DNA of 64,000 nucleotides from Antechinus flavipes (lineage: Eukaryota), in the NCBI RefSeq assembly GCF_016432865.1, contig NC_067403.1:199950001-200014000 (forward strand), read 5' to 3'. The notes under the pieces are model-generated. The model saw only the letters and a list, made by a program, of their open reading frames with translations, had not been told where the DNA came from and did not search any database. The position numbers were made by a program, and so were the translations under genes. Numbering within the stretch: position 1 is the first letter of the stretch; the number at the start of each line of letters is the position of its first letter. Below are positions 38,161-50,100 of the stretch, piece after piece.

Positions 38161-38166
38161 TTTAAT
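38161..38166 (-). terminator. Candidate DOK1 polyadenylation signal ATTAAA
   Basis: tttaat on the + strand, about 365 nt downstream of the DOK1 stop. Confidence 0.55.
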
Positions 38167-38529
38167 GAGTTTGAGTGTCAGTGAGCAGCTCAGGGTCGGG
38201 AGACCACCCCACCCCGACATGTCCCACAACTAGTTGGGAGTCACGGCAGGGGACCCTAAAGGCTCCTATCCTGGCCAGGGCTCGGCCCCAACATCGGGCT
38301 CCTTCTCCAGACTCTCGGCCCTTGCAGCTCTCGTCACTCAGACCCAAGGCCTGTCTCTGGCCACAAGGTCTGGTCCTGGAATCCTGCCCACTGTGGCTTT
38401 TCCTAGGTCTGGACCTTGATTCCCTGATCCCGCCTAGCCCCCCTCTCTCCTGAGGGGTCGCCCGCCTCCCCAGCTCACCCAGACGACCGCTTAGTACCCG
38501 CTTAGGCCCTCCAAGCCCCACCCAAGTCT

Positions 38530-41461
38530 TCACATTGGTCCTTCTGATCTCATGCCGGTCCTAGTTTGAGATTCGCCCTCAGGCAGCCCCTGGTCCCAGC
38601 CCTTGGCTGCAGCCCCCTTCAGGACCCGACTGTACAGTGGGAGTCCCGGGCTGCCGGGGCTGTGAGGCGCGGGGAGCAGCTGGGGTTTGGGGGGCGGGAT
38701 GGGCTTGAGGTTCCTCAGCGGGGGGACCGCATAGTCGTCCATGCCGGGGTTATAGGGAAGCTCATAGCCCTCCTCCTGCGCCCGAGCTCGCTGGCACCAG
38801 GCGTCGCGGGGCTCCTGGGGCTTGTCGTAAAGGCCTGGGGGCGCTGCTGGACTCTGGCCTTCAGGCTCGTCATAAATGGGCTCCTTCTTGGCTCCTCCCA
38901 GCTTTGTGTCTTTGAGCTGTTGGTGCACTTGGTCAAACAAGCCCCAGTAGAGGGGGGAGCTTCCAGCAGCCCCAGGTCCTGTCCTCTGGCCCGAACTATC
39001 CACAGGATCTGAGTACAGGGGGTCTGGGGAGGGGCTGGGCAGGGCCCGCAGGGCATCCAAGGGTTCCGAGTACAAGGCGGGGCCGTCGGCAGCGTGGGGA
39101 CCCTCGAGGCCGTAGGGTGCAGGGGGCACCGTTCCGGGTCCTGCCATCCCTGCCTCGCACTGCTGATCCTGGCCCGGCCCGGGCCCAGCAAGGCCAGCTT
39201 GAGCCTTTTGCCTTTGGATAGCGGCCTCCACAGCCTGGAAGATGTCGTTGCCCTGTGAGGTCTGGAAAGTGAAGGTCCCAGGGCCCGAGGGGCACCTCCG
39301 CCCGGCCTCGAAGGAGAACATGGCCTGGAGGCAGAGGGGAAGAAGGAGACCCTCAGCCACAGACCAGGCAGAGATGGCCGGCTCATCACGCTGGGGAGAG
39401 AAGCGCCCGAGCCACGTGCACACTAGCAGCAGCGGCTCTCCCCACTCTCCGTGCTGGCACAAGGGGGGCACAGAGGAGGAACTGGTCCCACCGCTGCAGC
39501 AAAGGGGCACCCACCAACCTCCCCGAGTCCTCTCCATTTATCCTCTGCTTCCTGAGTCTGCGCCCAAGCCTCTGGCAGCCCATCCCAAGCCCTTACCCGA
39601 TCCCGGCCATAGCGACGGAGCAGAGTGTAGGGCCAGGAGAGCAGGGGGTCCTTCTTCTGCCCCTGCCCCCCCAGCATCAGGAGACTCAGGCCACTGGCCT
39701 CCACCCTGAGCACGTAATGTCCCTGCAATCTGCAATGCTCAGACGCCTCTGTTTTCTGTATAGTGACCCAGAACTCGCAACCTGGGGAGACAAGAAGGGA
39801 CATTCCCAGGTGGAGAGGACCTGCAGAGACTGGATTCTACCCACAGGAGCTTCATCCCCCTCCCCCCAGTCAGAATCCCTATTCCCACCCCTGGGATGCT
39901 AGCCCTCCCATGTTCTCCTGGTCCTCCCTCTCCCCATCCCTTTCTCCTTTCACCTCTACCTTGCCCATGGGGGCTGTACAGGGAGTTCTCCTGCATCTCC
40001 ATTGTAGAGGGCCCAGAGGAGGTTTCTCCTGGGGACTGAGACCAGCTGCCTTTCTGCAGGAGAGAAAGTATCAGTGATCCTGTAACGTCCAGGCTGTCCT
40101 CCAGCTGGGGTCTGAGCCCAATCAAGGGAAATGGGGTGGGGGGACCCTTGGGGAACATTGACCTTGAACGTTTTCCCCTCTCTAAATGGACTACCCTGGC
40201 CAGCCCACTCTCTCCATCCCCTCACCGGGAAGGCTGTCTGGCAGAGTATCTGCACCCAGGCCACACTGGCAGGGCCCTCGGCCGCCAGGAGGTGGGAGCG
40301 CTGAGCAGTGTCCAGTCGGAAGGCCGATGTGCCGGGCCCTGGGGGGCTGTCCAAGGCCACAGGGGCAACGCTCACACAGTCCGACAAGCGAATCACCCGG
40401 CAGTCCAGTCTTCGGGAGCCTCCCCACCCGCCTCCGGAGCCCGACCCTTTGTGTTCAAAGAACTCCAGGCGGGCCACGCCATTGGGGCTGGAGGGGTACA
40501 GGACTGCCCAGGTCTTTTTCCACTTCTGTGGCAGGGAGAAAGCACTTGTAAGAAGCTATTTAGGCAGGGGGGGACACAAGGAAGGAACAAGGGAAAGGGA
40601 TTGCCCAGGACTTCCTCTACCTCTACGGGTGGGTCGGAGGTCAGAATAGAGAGAGCATAGAGGGAGATTCAAGGAAACCTACAAGAAAAAGGAAAACAAG
40701 TAGACACCGGGGAAAAGGGGGCATGGAAAGATCCTACCAGGGAGGGAACATAGGAAAACATGGGGCACACCAAAGGAGCGGCTCTATTTGTAATAAATAA
40801 GTCTTATTTTCCTACCCCGTTTGTTTTGGGGGGATGGAGTGAAACCCCGCTGAGGAGTTCTGTGTAAGAAAAAAGCAGGAAATGAGAGGATAAGTGAAGG
40901 GACAAAAGGGACTAAATGTAACAGGCTGGCCCTGATTCACGCCCCCTCATATTGAAGAGAGGTGGGGAGAGAGGCAGGGGCGTCCCTAAGAAGGGAAGGG
41001 GACCCCGTGCAGAACAGGGCAGCCCCTCTCCTGGGGGGAAAGCAGAGGAGGGGCTGAGAGGGAAGCCAGCTGGGAACGCGGCTGGGCCAGCCCAGGTCTC
41101 CAACTTCCGAGGGAGGACGCTCAGGGAAGACCCCAGACCAGGCCCCCACCCCGCTCCCCGGCAGAGGTGGGGTTTCCTAAAGGAGGCGGTTCTCTGGTGG
41201 GGGTGGGCGTATTTCCGTCCGGCCGAGGCTGGAGGAAGCGTGGAGGGGTTGGGACTTCCTCCGGAGTTTGGGGAGAAACTTCTCTCGGACTGATCTCGCA
41301 CCCGCTCCTCCTCTCCCCTCCCCCAGCCCGGTCGCCCCGGGGGGTCCCCCAGCCAGTTGTCCCGCGCCCCCCGACCCTGCAGCCACCTTGGCCCCGAAGC
41401 GCTGGCTCTGCACGAAGAGCGGTCCCTCCATGGCAGCCCCGTCCATAGCGGCCCCGTCCAT
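38530..41461 (-). CDS. DOK1: Docking protein 1 (PH + PTB domains, Tyr-rich tail). Exons: 41461-41387, 40525-40226, 40053-39960, 39781-39597, 39324-38530; 482 aa from the ATG at 41461 or 477 aa from the ATG at 41446
   Basis: MDGAAMEGPLFVQSQRFGAK / KWKKTWAVLYPSSPNGVARLEFFEHK / ENSLYSP / FWVTIQKTEA...LLSWPYTLLRRYGRD / MFSFEAGRRCPSGPGTFTFQT...PIYDEP...GYELPYNP...DDYAVPP. GT-AG junctions checked; exon lengths 75/300/94/185/795 give an intact frame. Confidence 0.97.
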
Positions 41462-42600
41462 GGCCCCAGGCAGCTCCGGACGCTTCCTGGCGCTGGGGGC
41501 GGGGGCGGGGCGGAGCCCGCGGGGCGGGACCGGGGTGGGCGGGATCACCGCCGGCCGCCCCCCCCCCGTCCCCTCCCCCGCCCCGAGGGCCGGCGCTCGG
41601 AGGCCGGAATTCCTGCGGGACGCGAGGAGACGGGACTGGACGGGAGCCGCCGGGACGGCCGACATTCCTGCGGCCGGCCCCGACGCCCGAAATGGAAAGA
41701 AGTAGCAGGGCTCAGGAAACTCACCCCGCCCCCAGACGTCCACACTCACCCCCCGCACCCTCGCCTCCTCTTCCCGGGGGTGCCCCGCAGACCCAGCACT
41801 GGGTGCGGGGCCCGGGCACCCTCCCTCCCGCCCCGCGGGCGCCCCCGGAGCCGATGCCCAGCTCTGCCAGGAACCCGGGCCGGCGCCAAGGGGCCCCGGC
41901 AGGCCCTCGGGACTCCGACGCGGCCTCGGGCCGAGGTCCCTGTCCCCCACGGGGCCACGGCGAAGTCCCCCCTGCCCTGAGAGCTTCCCCGCCTTTCCAA
42001 GTCAGAGCCAGACAAACGGCAACATCCCCGCGCTCACAGCCCGCCAGCGCTGGGAGGCTTAGCGCGCAGCACTTAGGAGGGGGTTATAATGTGGGTTGGC
42101 CGAACACGCGCGGGCACACACACGCGCGGGCACACACGCACACACACACACACGCGGGCACACACACACACACGCGGGCACACACACACACGCGCGGGCA
42201 CACACACGCGTGCGGACACACGCACACACACACGCGCGCTGTTCAGCGTCTGTGCGAGCCTACAGGCTTCCCCCAAACCTCAGGGGGTGCCTGATGGAAG
42301 AAGGCAGGGGTCTTGGGGGATGGGCAAAGTTCGAGAAGTGAAAAGAAGGCTTCTCCAAGTGCAAAGCCAGGGGCTTCACCCCACACGGGCCCCCGTGTGT
42401 CCTCCAGCCTCCGCCAGCCGGGGAAGAAAGCTCCATTGAGCCCGAGCGGCCAGGGGCGGAGGGGGGAGGCGAGGCTGGGGCCTGGCTGGCCAGGGAGGGG
42501 GAGGGACAGACTGAGTGGTACGGTGGGAGGGATTGAGGGAGGGGCGTCCAGTCTCCCAGGGCCCGGCACTTTCTTGGAAGTCCGGGATTAAGCTCCGAGG
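40950..42600. promoter_or_regulatory. CpG island / bidirectional promoter region of DOK1 (-) and LOXL3 (+)
   Basis: Very high GC and CpG density, multiple GGGCGG boxes at about 41495-41545, lies between two divergent start codons. Boundaries approximate. Confidence 0.8.
42105..42239. repeat. Compound (CA)n / CGCGGG minisatellite
   Basis: Repeats of (ca)n-cgcggg; seven CACGCG hexamers. Confidence 0.9.
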
Positions 42601-44145
42601 CCAGGGCTGAAGTCCCCCCATCCCATTCCTGCGGAGACAACTTCCAGCCCAGAGGTAGGAGCGCTTGGAGAGAGGGAAACGAAACAAACCAGCCCGGAAA
42701 GGAAGAATGAGGGGGGCTGGGAGGGGGGCCGATGATCACTGGGGAAGAAGTGGGAATGCTTGGGGCTTGGGGGGCAGGGGTGGGAGTCAGAAAGATGGGA
42801 ATGGGGAGAGGGGTGTGGGGAAGCTCGGAGTGTTCGGGAAACTGTGGGAGGGGATTATAGGAGAGTTCAGGAAACGGGGGACCCAGGTAATGAGGATGAA
42901 GAAACAAACAGGAGGGCGCTGGAGACAGGAAAGGTGGGGTTCGGGAACAGAGGATGGGGGACAGGGGGTATAGCCGGCTTATGGGGATGAAGATAACGGA
43001 TATCGGAAAATGTTTTATCCCTTCTGTTACTGGTCCCTCCGATACATGGAGGAGGTCTTTTGATGACCAGTGCAGGGGAAGTGGGGGAGAGGGAAAGGTC
43101 AAAGGGGACCAGCCTGGCCAGGGGCAAGGAATGTGGCAGCCACGGGAGAGGAGGAGGACAGCGTCTGAGGGTCGGGCAGGGTAGGAGGCCAGCAGGGTGG
43201 AAAGGGAAAAAGAGGACAGCAGTTTGTGCTGGGAGTCTGGCCCAGAAAAGTCAAAGTTTCCATAGAGGGCTGGACGGGAGGGAGAGGAGAAGGCTAGAGC
43301 TGAGATGGGGGTTGGGGGAGAGGGCGGGAGGGCAGGGAGAGGGGATGTGACAGGGTCCAGTTTGCTCCCACCAAAGACTCCTCTACAGGAGATGGAAATG
43401 CCCCAAAGTCAGCTGCTCCTATCCCATCCCCCGGGGACCGTGCCAGTCTCTCTGGCCTAGTCTCTGTTGCCTCAGTAACGGCTTGGACCTTAGCACGCCT
43501 TCTTTCTCCTTCCCTCCTTTCCTCCCAGTGGCTCCCACTGCCCCGCCCCATCACTCAACCCTGGTCCCTCTGGGTCCCCATGCTCCCCTGGGACAGGTAG
43601 CCAAGGAGCCCGAGGGTCGCTGGGTGACACCATCCGTGACACCGTTTCCTGTGTCACTGTCAGCATCAAGGCCTCCTGGTGTGGGTAGCGGCTGTGTGTG
43701 ATCCATGCAGCTAAAATGATGATGTCCTCTGTGTGTACATGTGTGTAAAATAGCATGAATTGTGTGCAGGTACGTTTCTCCGAGCCTCTCCTGCACATGC
43801 TCCCATAAAGACCTGCTTTCTGTCTCCCTTAGTTCCTCCTCCTCCTCAATCAAGACTTAATAGAAACCTGGCTCATTGATTTCTTCTTCCATCATTTGCA
43901 CGCTCTGTAGACTAGTTAATGTCTATCATTCTTCATCGGTTGAGTTCCTGGGGCATCTCCTTCCCTGCCTCTCTCACTGGCTCTCTCCGAGGGACTCTGC
44001 GGCTCGTTGTATGTCCCTCTCGGTTATTAAAGCTGTTTAAGTCTCTCGTTCTTAGTCCAGGTCTCCATCTCTACTTTATTGTCACTCTCTGCGTCTGTCA
44101 CCATCTCACTACAACTAAAGTCTGGGTTTCTCTTTCTCTTAGACC

Positions 44146-47100
44146 ATGTCTGACACAAAGCTTGCTGGGGGCCAGCCGTGGGGCCTTTGGGGGCTGCTTC
44201 TGTGTGCGCTGTGTACCTGGTGCCTGGGAGCCCCCTCTCCGTCCCCGAGCCCCGCGGCGAGCCCTGGTAGCAAGCTTCGTTTCCGCCTCGCTGGTTTCCC
44301 TCGGAAGCACTACGAGGGCCGTGTGGAAATACAGCGGGCTGGCGAGTGGGGAACCATCTGTGATGATGACTTCACCCTGCAAGCGGCTCATGTGCTCTGC
44401 CGGGAGCTGGGCTTTACCGAAGCCACGGGATGGGCCCACAGTGCCAAGTATGGCCCGGGCACAGGTGAGAACAAGCCCCAGGAAAGCTCCCGGAACAGGG
44501 AAGCAGCACCAAGTGCCGCTGAGGCTTCAGGTTTAGGAAGATGTGGGAAAAGATGGTTGGAGAGATGTTGCTGGAGGTTGGGAAGAAAGGAGAAGTTGAG
44601 CAAATAAGTAATATATTGACAAAAGTACAAATATTTTAAAAAAAAAAACTGATTGGGCCAAATCTAATGCAATAAACTGTAATCAATGTAAATATAAGAT
44701 CAGGCTTTGGTTCAAAAAATCAACTGTACTTCCCCAGGAGAAATGAGAGATAAACAATTCCTAAATTAATGATCTGGGGGATTCAGTGACCACATGCAAG
44801 CTCTATAGGTAAAGGGATTGAAGGGCAGCATCAATGGAATGAGGAAGGAGTGATTGGTACCCTTGTCCTCTGCTCTCGTCAAACCATCCCTGGCAGATTG
44901 TGTCCACTTCTGCAAAGATACTGAAAAGCACATCCAGAGAAAAAAATAACCATACATAATGAAGTGTAATTGGAAATTGAAGCAACATGGTATCCAGCCT
45001 AAGGAGCATTAGTTCTGAAATCAGAGGACATGGGTTCAAATTCTACTACTTATATGAGCAAATCACAACTTCCTTGGACCTCAATTTCCTTATTTGTACA
45101 ATGAGAGCCTCTGAAGTTTCTTTCAATTCTAGATTTATGGTCCTAGGGAAGGAGAAAGTTTGCTTATTGGAACATGGAAATAATTTAGAACTCTTGACAA
45201 ATGGTCATGCTACCTCTTTTTGAAAACTCTCATGGCCAGGAAACTTACTGTGGCAAGAGTTCTGATTGTTGGAAATTTATTTTGATGAGCCCCAATTTCA
45301 GACTATAACTTTGCTTCCAATTTCAGAGGCCATTAGACATAAACACCTTCAACCGTCCTCCATTCTCCCAAAATGATACTTGTTTCTTTTTCCAATACTT
45401 AGGTCTCCTGTAATCTTAAAAAACAATTTTCTTTTGATCATACCATCCTCTCAAAATATGACCCCCATTATCTGTCTCTTTCCCTTAACTGTAAAACTTC
45501 TAGAAAGAGACTTTAACTCAACTTGCTTAGCATACTTGAAATCTGGCTTCTTTCCTAAGACTACTTGGTGAGTCTCTCCAAGGCCACCACCAATGACCTT
45601 TTAATTGCCAATTCTAAAAGCCTTTTCTCAGTTTTCTTCCTCCTTGACCATTCTGCAATCTCTGAAAGGCAGGATTGAATTTAGATTCAAGAAAACCCTT
45701 GCCTTCTCCAACACTTCCTCGATGTATGGCAAGCCATTTTAACTTCTGCTTTTCTTGATGTCTGTGGATATTTAGCATATGGAAGACAAATTAGGTTCAT
45801 GATCTCCAAAGGGCAGGACTCAATACAATGAGTAGAAGTTACAGGGAGAGAGATCGCAGCTCAAATAGCACTTTCCTAACAATCTGAACTGCTCAAAACT
45901 AACTAAATAAATCTGAATGGGCTTCTTCAGGAAGCAGTGAGCTTCCCCACACTCAGAAGTCCTGAAGAGAAATCTCAGTGATCCCAGGAGGAAGGGCTTG
46001 CTATGCTGAGAAGGAGTTGGGACAGCCTATTTTATTTTGGAATTGTATTTATTTATTTCATATTTTCCCCAGTTATATTTAAAACAATGTTTTTTTACAT
46101 TTGCTTTAAAAAATTTTTGAGTTCTAGTTCTCTCCTTTTTCTCCACCCCCAATTAAAAAACCACTTGGGAGGTTATGCAAAACATTTCCATAAAAGTCAA
46201 AACAGCATATTTCTAAGGTCTCTCCCAACTCTGAGATTTTTAACTCTAGCTCGGAAAAAGAGTATGTTAAAGTAGGGCCAGATGTTACATGAGCGGGGCT
46301 GATTGGGAAGGGAATCAGACCGAGGGAGTGACCAGTGCCCAGGAATCTAGTCCTGCTTCTTAGAAAAAAGTTTTGGATTAGATCAGATGGGAGTCTTCAT
46401 TCTAGATCTTTCCCTAAATCATCCTGTGACTTTGAGAAAGTCCATTTGCCTCTCTGAACTTTAGTTTCCCCTTCTGGAAAAAACAAAATCATTTGACTCA
46501 GTGGTTTCTAATTTTCCATCATATGAAATTCTATGATTTAGTGTGATTTTGGCTCCTTAAAATGCACCTGGTCCCACCAAGGCCCTTCTGCATTACCTGG
46601 GTAATCACCATAGGTTCCTCCCATCCTCCTTTTGGCACCCATATCTGCTTGGTCCAGAACATTCATTTAATTAACTCAGAAGGTCATTAATGGCCCACGA
46701 TGCAGCTCCTTGTCTGCCAAGGCCCTGAGCCTCTCTTTCCTTACCTGTAAATTAGCGAGGTGGACCTCTAAACCCCCTGCCAACATCCCCATTGCCACCT
46801 TCGCCACCATCTCTGTGCTCCCTCTCACTCCCTGTCCCGCTCCCCAAGGCCGAATCTGGCTGGACAACCTGAACTGCAGAGGAACAGAGCGAAGTGTGAG
46901 CGAGTGTAGTTCCCGGGGCTGGGGCAACAGCGACTGCACCCACGACGAAGACGCTGGCGTCGTGTGCAAGGATCAACGCCTTCCCGGCTTCTCCGATTCC
47001 AACATCATAGAGGTTGGTGGGTACATGGGCAAAAACACCGTTTTTGCCCAAACACTTACACGTGGGGCAGCAAGGGAATGCGGTTCGGCAGAAGCTCGAC

Positions 47101-50100
47101 TTGGACTCAGAGACATGAATTCAAATCCTGCTTCTGGCATTTACTAGTCTTGGGATCCCAAGCAAATCACCAAGCCTCTCTCTTGCCTCATTTTTCTCAT
47201 GTGTAAAATGGTAATAATAATAGTGTCTACTTCCCAAGATTTTTGTGAGGATAAGATAATATTTATTTGTTTTTTTAATTTAATTTTACTCCATTTTTAC
47301 AAGGAACCAAAATGAGCTGATATTCAAGAAGTAAAACCCTTTGCAAGCTGCAAAGTGCCATATAAATTATTATTATATACAGACATTTGAGAGCTGGAGA
47401 AGATAGGGGGATCGTGGAGCAGTTGTTCAGTCACTTCCAACTCTTTGTGACCCCATTTAGGGATTCCCAAGCAAAGATGCTGAAGTTGTTTGTCATTCCC
47501 TTCTCCAGCTCATTTTACAGATGAGGAAACTGAGGCAAACAGTCACACAGCTGAGTCTGAACTCAGATCGGTCTTCCTGACTCCAGGGCTGGCACTTGTC
47601 TCCACCGCACCACTTAGCTGGGACAAGTAGTATATAATATCAAGGGAAGGCAGCCAGGTTTAGTGGAAAGATGGAGTTGGGGAGTTTGACAGGCAATCTC
47701 CAGTCTGGTTCCTTTGTAGTCATTTAACCAATCTGAGCCTCGGTTCTCTTCCACCCCCAAGATTTCTTCCAGCTCTGGATCCAATCATCTGTCACTGCTT
47801 CGCCTTTTTTATTTTCTTTACATTTTTTAATGATAAGGTTAGAAACTTTGACTTATTATTATGTGAAAAAAGGTTTTTGTGTCCGGTACCTCCAGGGGGA
47901 TATATGAGACTGGAGAGTTATATGATTTAAACAAATCCTAACATAATGTGAGACCTCAGTTTCCTCATCTGTAAAATGGAGGGAATCAAAGATGATCTCT
48001 AAGGTCCCTTCTAGAGCTCAATCTTAAGGTTTTCAGATAAATGAGAGAATGAGAGTGAGTGGTTTCCCCGAGGCCTTCTGATTCTGTGATCCTTTGAGCC
48101 CCCGAGATGTGTTTCTGTGATGAGGGGCTTACCCAGACCTGTGCCATCCTATTCCCAGGTGGAGGAGCAGCATTTGCAGGTGGAAGAGGTTCGTCTGAAG
48201 TCAGCTGTGGGAGGGGGCCGGCGGCCACTGCCTGTCACAGAGGGGCTGGTTGAGGTCCGGCTCCCTGGGGGGTGGGCCCAGGTGTGCGACCAAGGATGGA
48301 GTGCCCATAACAGCCGAGTGATCTGCGGGATGCTGGGCTTCCCCAGCGAGCGGAGAGTGAATGCCGCCTTCTACAGGTAAGAGAGCCGGGCTGGGACAAG
48401 GGATGGGAGAAGGGGCTCCCAGGTGTGAGGAGTGAGAGAGGTAAGAAGGGGTCTGAGTTAGGAAGGGTGAATGAGATGTTGGGAACTGAATTTCAGGGCT
48501 TGATGGGGTGTGAAAAGCAAGGCAAGGCAAAGCCAGTCACCGTGGCATGAAATTCTAGGTGCGAGGGTCCAGGGTTTGAGGAAGAGTATTCTGAGTTCGG
48601 AGGCTTAAGGGGGCCAGAGGCTAAGGTTGGGGGGCCGGGGACTATGATGAGATGACTGTAGAGCTCTGACTTTGAAAGGTTTGCGGTACCATGAGTCTGA
48701 AGAGCAAAAATATAAAAATTGTGGTTCTTGACCGTGATACGGAGGGCTGAACTACGAGACAGAAATGGGGATGTGAGGAGAGAAAGACGTTGAAAGCACC
48801 GGGTTGGGGAGCGGATGCTCGGGGATGGCGTGGGGTCTGGAGAATGGAGCCTTGGAAAGGAGTAGGGCGGGGGTAGGGCCTTTCTCAGTGGGTGGGGTTT
48901 GCTGTAATGGGGCGGGGCTTCCCCTGGGGTTGATCTGAGCCTTTGCACGTCTTAATGTAGGTGACATCATCTAGAGCTAGGCAGATTCTTCTGACTGTTC
49001 TGCCCCAGGCTACTTTTTCTGACGCTCTCAAACTAGGGCCAAAGAGGGCGAGATCTAGAAAGGCTTCCCGGAAGAAAGGGTATTTGTTCTCTGTGAAGTG
49101 TAATTTTCTCCATTTGTCAGCCCCCCTGTACTATTAAGAACTAGAAGAAACCTTAGTCATCTAATCTGACTTTCTTTTATAAAGAAACTGAGAGTAAGTG
49201 ACAAAGTTAGGATTTCTTAGCCTGTTAACAAGCACTTATTAAATGCTAAGCACTGAAGTTACATGATAGTAAGTGGCAAAGGCAGGATTCGAACCCATTT
49301 CCACCAGATCCCAGTCCTGCTAACAAGCCTTTATTAAATGCCTATTTAAGTGCCATACACTGTGCTAAGTGCTGAAGTTACAAAGAAAGGCAAAAACCTT
49401 CCGCTCTCCAGGAGGTCACAGTCGCCTAGGGAAGACATTGTACCCGAAAGATCCAGACGAGCTGAATTGGCCATGATCTCAGAGATAAGGCACTGAGGGA
49501 AGGTAGTCAGAAAAGACTTCTGGCAGAGGGAGGCACTTTGATTGAGACAAGAAGCCAGGGAAGCAAGAGGAGGAGAGGAGGAGGAAGGTTTCAGGCTTGG
49601 GAAATAGCCAGTGAAAATGCCGGAGTCGGAACCAGATTTGTTTGGAGCAGGATGGAGGCCACCGTTATCGGCTCGCAGAGTGGGGACAGAAGAATACCTG
49701 TAAGATTAGAAAGTTAGGAAGGAACCAGACTGTGGTCCCAAGTGTTACGGTACTAAGCATTTTTTGTTTGATTCTGGAAGTAATTGGGAACTGCTGAGTT
49801 CATAAAATGGGTTGGTCATGGGGACATGGTCAGACCTGTGATTTAGGAAGGTCAATTTGGCAGCTGAATAGAGAGTAAATTGTAGCAGGGCAAAATGAGG
49901 AAGGGAAATGAACCAGAAGACGATCGTAATCGGTCAAGCATTTGGTTGTGAGGATCTTTGCCAGAGCAGGGGCAGTGCCAGGAGAAAGAAGGAAATGCGG
50001 GAGAGATGTTCCAAGGCTGGGCAGGCAACTTGGCAACTATTTGTGTACAGGGACTGAGAAAGAAGAGTTCAGGATGATCTCCAGGCTCCGAGACTGTGTG

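Noticed and set aside
40900-43900. Many long overlapping ORFs (up to 280 aa) on both strands
   Set aside because: These are Pro/Gly/Arg-rich shadows expected at very high GC content or from repeats (HTHT and VCVC runs from the minisatellite). None resembles a known protein apart from DOK1 exon 1.
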